Shown here piece after piece: positions 63,423 to 64,000 of a DNA stretch of 64,000 nucleotides. The stretch's first letter is position 1. Every line of letters begins with the position of its first letter. The notes below the pieces were generated by a model, which worked only from the letters and a program-made list of their open reading frames with translations, did not search any database and had not been told where the DNA came from. A program made the translations under genes and the position numbers. This DNA is from Octopus sinensis (lineage: Eukaryota), in assembly GCF_006345805.1 (NCBI RefSeq), contig NC_043026.1, forward strand, positions 3,472,001-3,536,000, read 5' to 3'.

Positions 63423-63873
63423 GTACATATATATGCATGTTTCCACACACATATACATATATATGTATATATATATATATAATATATATACCACACACAC
63501 ATGTACATATGTATGCATATATGTATACACACATAGATGCATTATATATGTTGTGTTGTATACATGTATTTTTCACACATACATACGTATGGGGAGAGTC
63601 ACTGAGAATCCATGAGTCAGAAAAAAGCAGGATCTCCTATAACAGTCATCAAGTGAGTATTTTGATGTTTATTCAATACATTATTATAGATTCATCTCAG
63701 CCAATTTCAGAAATATTCTTCCTAGCAGCTCCTCTGATGACTGCTGAGACTGGTTTGTCTACAAAACTGATTAGTAAAAATCAGCTGAAATGTATCTATA
63801 ATACTATATTGTATAGATATTGATATATCTTGCTTTCTCTCCATCTACATATATAGATACATGTATGTATGTA

Positions 63874-63906
<33 letters not shown>

Positions 63907-64000
63907 GATAGATAGATACATCTATATATATAGATAGATAGATAGATACATCTATATATATAGATAGATAGATACATCTATATATATAGATATATAATAT

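Noticed and set aside
63660-63790. Terminal kinase exon
   Set aside because: Candidate acceptors give an immediate or early stop and no CERK-like C-terminal sequence.

Overview
Repeat-dense eukaryotic genomic DNA with one 100-N gap; the SINE families, (AT)n/(CAT)n density and transposon mix suggest an octopus/coleoid cephalopod (inference). The right half holds a multi-exon ceramide-kinase-like (DAGK-family) gene on the + strand: 10 phase-consistent exons reconstructed by hand from 33608 to 60044, with both ends unresolved. The left half holds a decayed ~5.3-kb coiled-coil + multi-beta-propeller (TRIM-NHL-like) gene on the - strand, a second remnant of the same family at ~4.1-4.6 kb, and weaker evidence for a small-exon gene on the - strand starting near 32.96 kb. 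Mobile DNA: a near-full Penelope-like element with fold-back pLTR and hammerhead ribozyme motifs, a solo hammerhead cassette in a kinase intron, a Tc1 transposase, three RTE LINEs (one nested in another), CR1-like fragments, piggyBac-type MITEs as a repeated dimer and as a 12-copy satellite, Helitron-like elements, and three tRNA-derived SINE families. No CRISPR array, rRNA or true tRNA gene is supported. Most short ORFs in the track are microsatellite or SINE artefacts. Repeat boundaries are approximate; exon boundaries were counted by hand.
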